This document shows positions 51,047 to 64,000 of a stretch of 64,000 nt of DNA, piece by piece. The position numbers and the translations under genes are program-made. The notes beneath the pieces were generated by a model that made no database searches, was not told the origin of the DNA, and was given only the letters and a program-made list of their open reading frames with translations. Every line of letters starts with the position of its first letter. The first letter of the stretch is position 1. This DNA comes from Paramecium tetraurelia (taxonomy: Eukaryota), in NCBI GenBank assembly GCA_000165425.1, contig CT868318.1:399067-463066 (forward strand). The letters are read 5' to 3'.

Positions 51047-52239
51047 TCATTATATTATGCAACATGCTTCTCTTTCCTTAGGTGGTCTAATGTCCTCTTT
51101 GTTTCTCTCACTTTTTGGTTTGATGGGCTCATCCTTAAAATCTGATTTCGTTCCAATGCCCCTTGCAGTCACATATTGTAATTTAGGATTCAACTTAAAG
51201 GGACACAACAATTGTTCCATCTAAGCCAATCTTTGTTTGAGTTTCTCTTAGAATTTCTATTGAGTCTTAAGACAATAATTTTACTTCAATAAGTCCCCCC
51301 TTTAATTCCTTTTATTGTTTGATTATGTTGATTCTGTCCTCAAAAGATAGTCTCACATCGAATCTTAGATTGATAGTGACATTATCTATATAGGGAGCAT
51401 CCAAACTTTAATCCTAGTAATTTACTATCAAGTAACATTATGGTATGGTCGGAAGAGCAAAATGTCTTGGTCTAATTTGTTGATGGATATCCAGAATAGG
51501 TATTTTAATTTGAGCTAATTCTTTAAAGTCTTCACCCAAAGTTCTTGCATCTCCTAGATTTTTGTCGAGTCTCTTTCCCATCACAACAATTGTTATGGAA
51601 TCAATAGTATTATCCAAAGAAATGCAGGTTGATCTATTTGAATTCTCGGGATACAGTGGTTGATAATTTTGATGAATTGTTCCAACTTTGTACTTTCAGT
51701 TTATAAAACTATAAAATAGAACTTGGGTGTTACTTTTTACATCTCACTTATCTGATTGACTTGATCTACAAAGGAAATGACTAAGGCATTTTCCTGATTA
51801 TATTCAGGCTTATCTAAGAAAGATTAAATAGTTTGTAATACTTGCTTCAATGACTTTAGAAAACTTATCAAAATTAGTCAGTTCATCTTTGAAATAATCA
51901 ATATTTTTTTGGAAATCCAGGATTTTCAAATGTATCATTTTTGCTTAATCCAATAGTTTCTATACAAAAGTTTCAATGGTTGCTTCTGATGCAAACTAGT
52001 TAAATGAATAAGCCTACATTCTCATCATAAACTTAATCTTATCCGATGGTATCACTAATCACCTTCCAGAGGATGTGTTCCTAGTCCTGATTGATTTCTG
52101 GGAAAAACCAAAGTTAATCATCAAATGCTGAATCTGCCTTGTATCCTTTCTGCTCAAAGAACTAAAGGATTTCCTCTTTCTTTGATTAAATAATATCCTC
52201 GGACTGCTTAATGAAGGAAGCATTCAATTAATCTGCCAT
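51047..52239 (-). CDS. Hypothetical protein with C-terminal CaaX motif
   Basis: MADQLNASFIKQSED.. ending RPPKEREACCIIQ*. Several short introns. Confidence 0.6.
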
Positions 52240-52302
52240 TTTTAATAAAAATATATTATCGTTTTCATTTGACTCATAATAAGTTATAGTTATCTTATAA
52301 AA

Positions 52303-53068
52303 TCATTTTTTTTTCTTGCACTTATTGCAGACATAGGTAGTTTGCTAGATATTTTTGATTCCCAAGCATTCATAATGATACCATTTTTAACAAATATCAC
52401 ATAGCACATACTATTAATCGGGATTCAATGGTAATTTACATAAACAATGTTTTTCCCATTTCTAAATAGGCGGGATTATTTGTTTATTTCTGTAGAATGA
52501 CCTAAATTACTATTACAAATGATTACCTACAATAAAAGGTAAAATCATCCACTAACTCCTTCTTGTCAAAATCCTTGAAGTCTAAGACTTATGCTATAGA
52601 TATGATTGTATCCGGTTAAATAAAATCGTATTGGTCAGATAAAAATAATTCCCTCTCTCCTATGCAGCCTATATATTTTCCAATGATCTCCTTCAAGTTG
52701 TTCTTACTGTAATACCATTAAACTCTGATAATCGGAGTGTATTATTAAAATCTCATTACACCAACAATTTCAATAGTTTTAGCAACACACTAGCCATCCT
52801 CTTTGGTGTATATAATTATATCCTAGTTTAAGCTGATATTGAGATTGTTGATTTTGAGAGTTTTGAACTCCTTGTTAGCATAGTCCAAATTTTTGGCATG
52901 ATAAAAAAGGGTGGATAGAGATTTACAATTTCTCACCTATCCCACCAAATCATTAGTTTTTTTAATTGTTTTTAAGGCTTCTTAACTTTAATCATACTCT
53001 AATTTAATTGAATGAAAAATTTCATTAAGCTTTTTTTCTGTCTCCTCATCCATGTTTACCTCGCTCAT
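52303..53068 (-). CDS. BAH-PHD domain protein (EBS/SHL-like architecture)
   Basis: BAH: IIRVQWYYSK..ERELFLSDQYDFIQPDTI..FYCR. PHD: CLCKLPLNPDQQYVLCDICQKWYHYECLG..YVCNKC. Confidence 0.88.
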
Positions 53069-53252
53069 TAAACAATTAAAATCCTATTAAAATTAATATA
53101 CTCACAATTACTATTTTAAGTTTTATTCCAATTTCATAACTCCAGAAGACTTCCAGTATTATTTCGATCACCACTTTTAGTGCTATATTAGAATCTCATT
53201 TTTATAATGTTAATTTGTATGTAATTTAATAAAATACTAAAAAATACCAATT

Positions 53253-54348
53253 TCATTTTTTCTAATCTCTAACAGGCAAGAAATATGGATGATCTAAAGC
53301 TTCTTTAGGTGTAATTCTTAATGCCTATTATACTCATTAATTTTACATGATCATACAACAACATCCTGGATAATAAATCAATTGCCTCCTCTGAACACAA
53401 ATGCTTATTATCTTGATTGATAAATTTGGACCATTCTCTTTTTGGATAACTAAACTTCAAATTTAATTACTTACTTTCCCAATTTATTATCAAATACTGG
53501 ATCTAATTTCAATCTGTACTTCTTAACGTAAGCTAACAAATCTTCAGTGCCTAATACTTTTGCTATGACTACTAACTGGTCGTAATTGTCATTTCCTTAG
53601 AAGAATGGCTCTTTTTTAAAAATCTACAAAGTTAATCTTATCTATATTAACCATTGATGCAAGCATGGCTCCGCTACTCCAAATATCCAATGAATAATCA
53701 TAGTAGACATTATCAACTAACAATTCAGGACCTTTAAAATAACGAGATGCCACTCGAACATTATAATCCTGCCCCATGTGATAGTACTCTGCTAAACCGA
53801 AATCAAGCAATTTCAATAACTTTTTTTAAGGATTCACTATTATATTCTAAGGTTTGACATCCCTATGCATAATGCCTCTGGAATGACAGAAATCTAAAGC
53901 CTTCATTAATTCATATAGATAAAATCGTATCTCTATATCAGTGAGTTTTGGAAAGATGCTTCTAAAATCAACGTGATCTATGTAATCGAAAACTAAACAA
54001 GGGGTTTTTGATGCTGGGTCTTTTACAATATCACTTAACTCAATGATGTTTGGATGTCCTTTTAATGAAAGTAGAATTTTAGTCTCTCTTTTTATTTTTC
54101 TTTTTTTCACTGGTTTCAACACCTTGATTACCACTCTCTAATTTTATGGGTATCTAATTCCTTCATAAACATCCGAATATTTGCCTCTTCCAATCTTTCT
54201 AGCTATTTCATATTGGTCATTATCCTAACATTAAGTAATGTCTTACACCCCATTCATTTTCAAAATTGTCGTAATCCCAATATTCTTTCGGCTGATTCTT
54301 GTTAAAATCTGCATAAAATTTTGGTTTTGCTTACACTATTTAACTCAT
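53253..54348 (-). CDS. CSNK2A1: Casein kinase II catalytic subunit alpha
   Basis: [55 protein letters not shown]. Confidence 0.97.
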
Positions 54349-55830
54349 ATAAAATATGTTATAAATAAATTTTGGGATGAATTTTGAGCTTAGAAAACTG
54401 TTAAAAAAGAAATAATTTTTTTTAATTGTGAAGATTATCTATTTATAAGTTTAATAATGAAAACATTGCATTATTATGACCCAAGAATTCATAAATGTTT
54501 TTCAGTTTCATTCATTAATATTAATAAAATTCAAATTGAAGACAAGCATTCAATTATGTTAATTATATTTAAATCACATTCAGAATTAATCTCATCAAAT
54601 TACATTTATTGCAATTTTATGACTTCAAATTTTCGATAAATTAATTAAATTGTTTTATTAACACACAAAATCATGATAATTTTTACTCATAAATATGATA
54701 TAATATTTTGTTAAAATAATATCAATTTATCATTGATTGCTATTAAGAATTGTGGATAATTTTATTAATATAAAATAATATAATGATCAATGAATCCTTA
54801 ATAAATCAAGAACCTCAACACCTCTATGATTATTTCCCAACTAATAACTCATGTCCATAAGCAGATATAAACTAAGATGAATCGCCAATTAGGCAGCATT
54901 ATATTAGTTCTCTATGCTTCTAACTGAGAAAGTACTAAAAATAGAATAAATATTACCTAGAAAAATCAAACGACAAAAAAATCGACCAAGCCTTTTGAAA
55001 ATAGAAGATAGTGGAAGAAATGTAAAACTATATTCTTGCTCACTTTTTAATAATAAAGAGAAACCTGAAAATGATACTGAGTGAAGAAGTAAAGTAAGAT
55101 TTGGAATTATTAATTATATGATATATAAACTTTATATAATTAGAGTTTAAAGTTAATATTATTGAGCATTCTTTCAAATGAAAAATAGAGTATAAGAATA
55201 GGAGAAATAAATAAAATGATGATTTTGAAAATAAATGATACGATGGAAATACATCTAAACCTTCGAAGGTACACATAACATCATTATCCATTGCATTAGA
55301 CACCTAATAGGATCATTGAGTAATGGAAAATAAATTTAAATAATTTTCATATAATTTATATGGAAATAAATCTTATTTGCTCTTTCTTGAAATTTATTTT
55401 TACTTTAATAAATGAAAAATAACACTAAAAATAAAATATCTGATTTTGTAGTGAAGTTTATAAAAACAGATGTGAAATAATAGGTATTACTGATAATAAA
55501 TTAGATGGTGTTTATAAATGTAATATATTTATTTGCGATCATTTGATTAACATAATTTAAATTTATTTTTAAATCTATTTACTATTGAGACTATAATCTA
55601 TGTATTATCAATATGGAGAATTACCTATTGCATGATTAATTGGGATTTAAACTTACTAAGTGAATAAGCAACTCTAAAAATAGTAGAACAATTTGAAATG
55701 AAATTAAGAGAGTTTGATTATATATGAATTAGTTTTTGGAATGTATTCTCTGATAAATTCAAGGACCATGAATAGTTTTCTTCTCGAAAATATAATTTAT
55801 TATTTATCGTTTTTATTTTATAAATAATAT

Positions 55831-57473
55831 ATGAGTTCACTCATCATGTACGAAGATGAAGCGATTGACCATTATAATGAGTATTTGATGAGCAAAAGAA
55901 AAGAAGTAACTGAAATAAAGAATTATAAATTCAATGGGAAATTCAATTCAAAGCCAACTAAGGCATTCATAATAAAAAATAAGAAAATACATTATTTAAC
56001 ATAATCGCAGATATTAGCTTTGGTGGTTTTAACATTCGCAGTTGAGTATGGTATTTATACACGTATAGTGAGGGTTTGCAATTGAGATGGTTTTCATCTC
56101 TCCTTTGTTTTTGAAATTAGACACTCCAGAACTTTTAGACTCTTCAATGTAATAAATTACAACAATATTCCAGTTGGTTATTTCCTCCTGTAATTAATTT
56201 ATTACTCTATCCTTTTATTCGATACTACAGCGAAAGTAAATCACATCAATTAAAAAACGCTATGATATATTTCATAATAGTTTCTATAATGGGTATAGGA
56301 CTATTAGCTGACACAAAGTAAATCTTTAAGTATATTTAGATCACTATATGTGGATTCAATAAACAAAAAAACATCAGTTCTAATTATTTCAATCGTAAGT
56401 TTCACAGTCATGGATGTCGGTTTAGAGATGCTTGGAGTATGACTAACATTTGATATAAATAGTTTGCTTGTTCTGCTTTATTAGAAGATTATGTTAATCC
56501 AAAACAGACGTAAAAAGTGTAGTAATACAGAACATTTGTTGATTCATTTGGGAAATTCACTGGATTCCTAGTTTCAAGTGTTTTAGCTTTCAATTTTATT
56601 TACTTAAACTTCGACAATTTTATTGAGAACTTATCATTTGCATACTTAGTAGGATTGATAATGATATTGATTGGTTTTGGAATGGTTTTGATATCCTTTC
56701 CACGTAAAGGATTAGATTTAGTATAATAAAATCACAAAATGAGGTTTAGTATCAATTCTTTTTTGCCTGGAATAACATTTATATCGTAATTAGTTATATA
56801 TATAGAGTAGATAATTGCCCAAAAATATGAAGATATTTTTGTTATCCCATTTTTTCACTTGCGGTTCCCAATTGTTTGTGTCTGTCTATGCGACCTTATG
56901 GTCAGGCATTACCATGTTGGAAGAGGGACCTCAATAGTACAATGAAGCAATAAGGAATATCGTATTTGACATAGGAATTAGCTGGGGTATTGTTTAAATG
57001 ATATACAGAGGGGCTTTGGCATTGTGCATGAGTGCAATACTTCATCTATTGACAACCTTGTTCTTAAAGTAATTGGGAAATAGATACACAAGCACAATAT
57101 ATATGATCGTGAATGCCTTGGCTGGGGCTTCTTTATTATATACTTGGTCGGTTAATGAATTTTATTCTATTTTTATCACTCTTCCTTTTTGGGGAGTTCA
57201 AACTACTGTGTTGAGTGAATTGCCATACAAATTAGCAAATCAGTTGGAGGATGATGTATGCATAAAGATAATATTGATTAGCAAGTAAGGGATACAATAA
57301 AAGGACTCTTGCCTTAGATGCTTAATTTAACCACCTTTTTTTCTTAAGCATTTATGTTTTTCATAATTCCCCTAGGTTTTTTGTTGTTATCTAGTGTTGA
57401 TGACATTTCAGTTAGTATGTTCTTGAGCGGGATATTCAGTTTAATTGGATCATTTTTAGTTTGCTTTTTATGA
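55831..57473 (+). CDS. MFS transporter of the SLC45/sucrose-transporter (GPH) type
   Basis: LTFAVE^GFAIEMVFISPLF..WLFPPVINLLLYPFIRYYSE..FTVMDVGLEM..ALLEDYV; many TM segments. Confidence 0.7.
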
Positions 57474-57531
57474 ATAATATTCTAAATTTATATAAAATCA
57501 ATTGAACACAATAATCATTTTAATATTTTGA

Positions 57532-58497
57532 ATGACCAAAATATTAACAAAATAGCTCGTAATGCAGAAGGCGAAAACAGATGTGATGGAGAATATTAAG
57601 TCTATCAACTTATGGGGAAACGATTTAGAAGATATCTCCTTTATTTCACAATTGATTAATTTAGAGATAGCTTAGTTGGCTTCTAATAAAATAAATACCT
57701 TGAAAGATGTAGTCAAGTGCTCTTAGCTTAAAGACCTGAATTTAAGAAATAATGTTATCTCTAATATTGAAGAGTTACAATTATTAAAACTATTGCCAAA
57801 TTTGAAAGCATTAAATCTTTTATATAATCCTGTTACTTAAAATCACAATTATAGATACTAAGTCTTAAAACATGCACCTTAATTAGAGATACTGGATGAG
57901 ATAGCCATATCTTAATAGGAAAGACGATAAGTTTAATAAGAAGAGGAGAAAGAAAATTAAATTAAATAGAAAGTATTGAAGAACCATCAAAAAATTAAGA
58001 AAATTGAGTCTAAAATTTCCATTAAAAAATCTCAAGATAAAAAATAGAAATCTATAGTAGACAAGGATTTTGTATAAAAGTTGAGTTAGTAATAGGAAGT
58101 TAATAAAAAATTGTAAGAAATTGATCAATTTTTTAATGATCAATCACAAGAATTACAGGATTCATTTATATAGGATTCATAGGAAATAAATTTTTCAAAT
58201 GAAAACAAAAATATGTAAATGCTGGTTGGAGATAGGGCTTCCTCACAAAGTTAAATAAACAATAAAATATAAGAAGAAGAAATACCAATCCAAATACAGA
58301 AAAGCGATTAAATTATAAAAGCAATGCAACCGAAATAAAATTCAAAAAAGAAATCAAGCAGTAAAAGAAAAGAAGATTAAGGTAATTCCTCATAAATTCT
58401 GTGTGCCATATTGTCATTATTAGAAGTACTAAAGAAAAAGGAGATATCTTTTCTTAGAAGAAAAGTTGAAAAAAAAATAAAGAAATATAAATCATGA
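57532..58497 (+). CDS. CFAP410: Cilia- and flagella-associated protein 410 (C21orf2) LRR protein
   Basis: MTKILTKQLVMQKAKT..INLWGNDLEDIS..LNLRNNVI..NPV..YRYQVLKHAPQLEILD. C-terminal QILCAILSLLEVL. Confidence 0.85.
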
Positions 58498-58757
58498 ATT
58501 ATAATAAAATGTGCATTATAAATAAGAATTATAAATATGATCATGCTATATGTCAGTCACCTTTGATAATATATTCTATTGGATCCAAATTTATTTCATT
58601 TGATATTTATCATTATATGTCTAACTTGAAAAAGTGAAAAGGATTTATAATGATTCTAAATAATAAAGTGAATTACATCTTTAGTTGTATTTCATCTTTT
58701 CATCAAATAAAATTAAGGATTGAATTCTATAAAATTTAAAATTATTTTTATAAATAT

Positions 58758-60604
58758 TCAAATTAAAATAATCAATAATATTAGAATAATTTTCTAAGTT
58801 GTAGAATAAAACTAAATTGATGATGATTATATTTTCTGATAAAGGGGTTCACAGAAATTATCTACTAAATGATAGCCATCTTCGCACTCTAAACATTCAA
58901 TGATACTCTTACATGTTTTACAATTCTTAAAATATCAAATTTTATTACCCCTGAGCAAGTTAAACAATACATCGAATTACTATCAGCATAATCTTATTCA
59001 TCGCATTCAATCAAACATTTATCCTCTTTTCTAAAACCATTACATTCATTTTCACAGTAATATCCAGAAAATCCAAATTAGCAAGTACATTATTAATTTA
59101 CACAGAAACCTCTTGAATTACATTAATTTTGACAATCATTTTAATTGGCACAGATTTACTTTGAATTTTGGGGACATTTAATTTGAAAGTTGATTTCACT
59201 AAAAGTAATTGTCTCATTTTCAGGACAATGAACTTGGATATAATCATTGTCATTTTATTAAAAAATTATATGTATTTGATCATTTTTACATTTAATTCTA
59301 TAACAAGATTCCTTTATTTGACTTAATCTTTCAGACAAAGTTTCAACTTTTTCTTCCTTATAAGATATTTGAAAGCATAAACTATTCTCACTAACTGTAC
59401 TTTTTGTCTATGAGAAATGGTCTATTTATTCTTAAGTCTGAAATTAAAATGGGTTTTTACAATCCATTCCTTTAAAAATGCTTCTATATGAGCATTAATC
59501 ACTCAATTGATCCTAGCCACATTTACCAATTCCAATATTACCAAATGAACATGTATATTCATTTTCTTGGCAGAATTCATCCACTTCTAATTCCTTGCAA
59601 GATTTAAATAAAAAGTCGCATCCTTTGGCTCTCCCATAGGTCATAAAATCCCGTTTGTACTTTAGTAATCGATAATACCTAAGATAAAATTAATTACTAC
59701 CCAAAGTCTGATAATAAAGCAAATGTAAATTCTGATAGTACAGATTATCCATTCATTTATGAGCCTGTCATGAGTTCGTTAAAATAGTAGGTGCGTTCAA
59801 AATGATGGTCTGCAGAATTATCTCCTCCTTAATTCTCCATTACAGCCCCTGTAATTAAGTCACATTAAAAATATTCCTTTGATGTATTGGCTAAACGAGG
59901 AGTGGATAAAATCAAATGGTTATTTTAATCTTTTTCTGATGTTAAGTTATAAAATTGCAATGTTTAAGGATCATAATAATATTAATACAGTATTTTTATA
60001 AATCCAAGAGCATGTATTATTTCATGAATAGATGTTTAAATATTTTATTAAATAGCGAATGAATTAACATTTTTCTAATTTTTAATTAATCATTAATTAC
60101 CATTTAGAGTTGTCTCAAATTCCAATTAATAACTCCAAAAATAGGCCTCAAATCATATTTTGTAATTTTGCAAGGGCCTGAGTATGCGTAATAATTGTTT
60201 GAATTATCATATTGGAATGAAACAAATATCACTAAATCTTAATTGTATTCTTTTTATTGAAATGCCAGTGGGATATCAATCCCACCACATGTTGTTTTAT
60301 TTCCAAAAACAATAGTTTCTTATTAACTCCTGATCATTAAATGTCTCCCAAAAAATATCTTCGAAATCTCAAGTATTTAAGTGATATAGTCGAAGATGTC
60401 TTGGCCAACCTCTGCATTCTCTAAAAATTAAAAATATATATTTATTGGTTTCCAATTAATCTCTTCTAAACTTAAGGAGTTTAATTAACGATGTTTACTT
60501 TTATTCAATTCATTTAGTTATAATTCTAAGTCTTAACTAATTTCAATCTAATTCTATTAAGAATACGAGAGAAGGCTTTAAAACAAAATAAAAATTGCAT
60601 ACAT
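58758..60604 (-). CDS. Leishmanolysin/GP63-family (peptidase M8) zinc metalloprotease, probably GPI-anchored
   Basis: Signal peptide, HEIIHALGF, ENQGGDNSADHHFERTYYFNELMTG, FTFALLSDFG, GCDF, EGF/furin-like Cys repeats, hydrophobic tail. Confidence 0.92.
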
Positions 60605-60641
60605 TATTGATTATATTATATAAAATTTGTTTTACTATTAC

Positions 60642-62250
60642 ATGTGCAGTTATGAAGAATCATACGAAATAGATGATGATCAAATAGGATCAGGATAATT
60701 TGGAGTTGTTAAGAATGCCAAATCAAAAAAGCAAAAGAACTTGAAAATTTGTGTTAAAATACTGATAAAGTAATTGTCTTTTGGGAAACCTGAACTTGAT
60801 AAACAGCAAGAGGGGGAACTTAAAATGTGCAAGGATATGATAAATAAGAAATATGAGAATTTAGTTTAAATTTATGATGTCTATGATTCTGTTGATAAGG
60901 ATGATAAGGCTTATATATTTATGGAGAGGTGTGATAAAAATTTACGTTAGTTGATTGAAGAATAGAAGGAAAAAAAAGAAAAATTCTCAAAAGAAAAATT
61001 GTACTGCATAATAAAATAAATTGTGAAAGGCTATATCTTTTTAATTTATGAAAATATCATACATCGAGATCTCAAACCTGAAAACATTCTATGTAATATC
61101 AATGATAAAGATCTAGCAATCAAAGTAGTTATATTTGATTTATTTCGAGATTGCAGATTTTGGCCTCAGCAAAACTTGTATCTCTAATGAAAACATGACA
61201 AAAAGGGTTGGAACACCATACTATAGGGCTCCTGAGATCAGGGATACCGAAAATACTAATGAAAGAGTTTTTTATGACAATAGGTGTGACATATTTTCAG
61301 TAATCTTCCTTTTAATTTTATAGTTAGGAATAATAATATTTGAATTGGCCTTACTAGAAAAATAATTTAAGTAAAGGGAAAAAGCAAGTTTATAAGATTA
61401 AACTTTCTCCGAATTACATAAAGCTATATTAAAAAACGAAAATTTTAAATTAGGTAAAAAAACTTTTATATTAAATATAGACGAAGATATTATAAAATTA
61501 TTAGATAAAATGATAGTATATGATCCGGATAAGAGGATAACATGGTAATAGTTAGGAGAACAATTTGAAATTTAATTACCGCCTAATATAATGATGTAAC
61601 CATAATAAACATTACCCACATTTGTTTAATTTAATCCAATTTTAAATTCAAAACAGACTTCTCCAGTACTTTCTAAATTTCCTGTAAACTAATAATAACA
61701 ACATTTCCAAAATGTAGCTTAAGAATAGACAAAACCCAATATCATTTAAGAGAATATGAGGTTCTAAAAGTAAAATTTATTAGAGCCCGGCAATGAAAAA
61801 GATGAGAAAGAGAAAATTAGATTTGCCACAGTAAAATAACCATAGTTCAATAATTTTTAATAATGTGGTTATCAAAATTCTAAATTTCCTAATGGATAGC
61901 CACTAGGATAAGGACTAAATGGATAACAAATATAATAAGTATTCAAAGGGTAATTTCCATAGCCAACAATCCAAAAAAATTAACTTTAAAGTCCACCTTT
62001 CTAGATCCAAGGATAACCTGTATTCATCCAAAAATAACCTGTATAAATCCAAGGATAACCTGTATAAATCCAAGGATAACCTTTATAAATTAAATTTAAT
62101 GTAAAAGACGAAAAATAAGGAGAGCAAAAATAAAAACAACCATCTACATAAATCAATAATAATAATATATAATTTCCTATTTGCCCAAATTTTCAATAAA
62201 ATAATATCTAAATTTAGAGGTATGCGACGACTAAGCCAATAGGAAATTGA
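60642..62250 (+). CDS. Ser/Thr protein kinase with Q/N/P-rich C-terminal tail
   Basis: IGSGQFGVV, CVKIL, IHRDLKPEN, IADFGLSK, VGTPYYRAPE, DIFS. Confidence 0.9.
62005..62088 (+). repeat. Four-copy 21-nt coding tandem repeat (IQGQPVQ)
   Basis: atccaaggataacctgtattc / atccaaaaataacctgtataa / atccaaggataacctgtataa / atccaaggataacctttataa. Confidence 0.9.
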
Positions 62251-62316
62251 ATTAGAATATTATATTATTCAGATAATATAATTTATTTAGCTTTTTTTAC
62301 AATATTATATACATTA

Positions 62317-64000
62317 TCAAGTAAATTTAATATAATCATATTGGATAACCTTTTTAAAGTTGATCTAATCATGCAATTCATAATCCTCATCTTGAAATGT
62401 AATCTAATGATATTTTACAATATAACCTTTTCTAATTTTAAATAATTTCTCAATTAATTCAATCTTATTGGGTTTTGTAATTTTTGAAAAAAATATTACT
62501 CCCAATTAGTATCATTAAAAAATGGATGTTGTCTAATTTGTTCAAGATTTATTCTTTTTTCATAGTTTTTATTTGTCAATTTATTTATTAAACTTATTGC
62601 TTCCTATTTTAAATTATCAATTTACCTTGTGAAAATATTAAGGGTAACTAATTTGACATGTCAAAATACTCAAAATAATTTAATTGCTAGTAGTACCCTC
62701 AAATGGATGACATCCAGATAGAAGCTCATATGCTAAAATTCCAAATTAATAATAATCAGTCCATTTTCCAATTTTCCCCTCATCCAAATATTCCGGAGTC
62801 TTATAGTAAATTGATTAAAACCCATAATTTTGAAGACCTATTAATTTAATGCTTCCTTTTGATGTCAACAAAACATTATTCAAACAGAGATTATTATATA
62901 TAATATTCTAGCTATGTAAATACTCTAAAGCTATTAAAATTTGACTTAGATAATATTTGGCCTAATTAATTGTAATTCTTTCTAAAGCATTCAAAATCGA
63001 GTATAAACTGCCACCATTACAATGTTCAAATGCCAAATATAAATACTTAGGAGTTTGAAAGGCATACTATAATTAAATGATGTATGGATTATCGACTGAA
63101 GTTAAAGTACGTACTTCATGTATAGCTTCTCCAAGTAGACCATTTTATATTAATAACTATTTGTTGAGACATTTCAGAGCATAAGTCGATCCATCTAATT
63201 CACAATAAGCCTTGAAAACACAGCTTATTTAATCACTCATCAAAAGAGATTTTAAAACGAAATCTTTGAATTTAGGAATCTAATGAGTTAATTTAGGCAT
63301 CAAAGATGATAAATCAGAGATCTTACGTCTTATCGGTGTCTAACTGTCTCTTTTTGGAGCAATACTTGAAGGAGGAGAATCTAAGTCGATTTCTTCTAAT
63401 TTAATGAATATATTGTTTAGTTACAATCCAGTAGCAACATTTTTAGTATAGGTTATACCTTTTTTAATCAGATTCGACCATCTTGTTAAATGATCAATTG
63501 TTGGTAAACCTATTATTATATCATGATGACTCTCTCCTTGCAGTTAAATGTAAAAGTATCCTTTTTTAAGTTTGAAACTTGTATAATTAGAATTGACCTG
63601 AGAAATTTAAGATAGTTTTATTGATTCTCTGATTTCAGTCTAACATTTATCCTTATACCTTATTAGATGATCACCCAAAGGGTTTATCACTAAATATCTT
63701 TGTTTAATAGTCCAAGGACTTGAACCGGGTGAAAAATAGGTTCCCTTTGCAATAAATGGATTGATTTGAGAAAACAATTAGATTTCTGTTACTAATGGCA
63801 TTTTATTAATTAGGCTCAATAAAAACAACTGCATTTTCAAGGAGGCAATATTGAACACATTGTTATTTTAACGATCTTGAATCAAAAAATCAACATCTTT
63901 TTCTTGGAGCATTTGGATGGCTTAAGTGTTCTCCATTCTGCAAGCCAAATGAAGAGCACTACTCTATTAAGTGACTAAATTCGGATTGATGCTTTAATAA
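62317..64000 (-). CDS. Ankyrin repeat-PH-AGC-like pseudokinase (5' end beyond window)
   Basis: SALHLAC ankyrin motif; PH-like KQRYLVINP..LTRWSNLIK; kinase fold YALKCL..NPYIIQLQYAFQTPKYLYLAFEHCNGGSL..YKTPEY..HPFF. Confidence 0.85.

Noticed and set aside
42467..53068. CRC, KDM6-like and BAH-PHD genes as a chromatin gene cluster
   Set aside because: They are interspersed with unrelated genes, and functional clustering is not expected in this genome. Proximity is probably chance.
54783..55320. Possible gene starting MINESLINQEP
   Set aside because: All three plus frames hit TGA by ~55125 without convincing introns. It may be a pseudogene remnant.
61919..62104. Direct repeats suggestive of a CRISPR array or an SKDNLYK repeat protein
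   Set aside because: The units are contiguous with no spacers and lie in frame within the kinase tail as IQGQPVQ. The host is eukaryotic.
1..64000. Retained IESs, transposons, telomeric repeats, tRNA/rRNA/snoRNA
   Set aside because: No convincing TA-bounded insertion interrupting a gene, no transposase motif, no G4T2/G3T3 arrays and no structured RNA were recognised by eye. Covariance-model searches and a MIC/MAC comparison would be needed to exclude them.

Overview
This is very AT-rich, gene-dense eukaryotic DNA that reads as ciliate macronuclear sequence, most consistent with Paramecium. Conserved genes only translate if TAA/TAG = Gln and TGA is the sole stop (translation table 6), and they are split by tiny GT..AG introns of about 20-31 nt. 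The supplied standard-code ORF track is therefore mostly fragments or antisense artefacts. Hand translation gives about 40 genes. Housekeeping and trafficking: SEC13, succinyl-CoA ligase beta, CCT8, RBM26/27-like, a Sec7/BIG ARF-GEF, a mitochondrial SAM-carrier-like protein, DPM2, an ARL GTPase, RED/IK, TAPT1, an SLC45/SUT-like transporter and CFAP410. Signalling and chromatin: CK1, CK2-alpha, three other Ser/Thr kinases, an ankyrin-PH pseudokinase, an EF-hand protein, a CRC-domain protein, a KDM6-like JmjC protein and a BAH-PHD protein. Surface and secretory: two GPI-type surface proteins, a leishmanolysin and a signal-anchored TTLL-family ligase. There is also a decayed guanylyl/adenylyl cyclase pseudogene. 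Highlights are a UTX/KDM6-like protein lacking both Fe-binding histidines but keeping its Zn domain, an unannotated Josephin-like/papain-fold Cys-His-Asp protease, a zf-HIT-like insert in the ARF-GEF, convergent genes sharing one TCATGA palindrome as their ends, head-to-head ATGs only 12 nt apart, and several single-base frameshifts in otherwise intact genes. No tRNA, rRNA, CRISPR or transposon was recognised. All coordinates come from manual reading, and exon boundaries are approximate.
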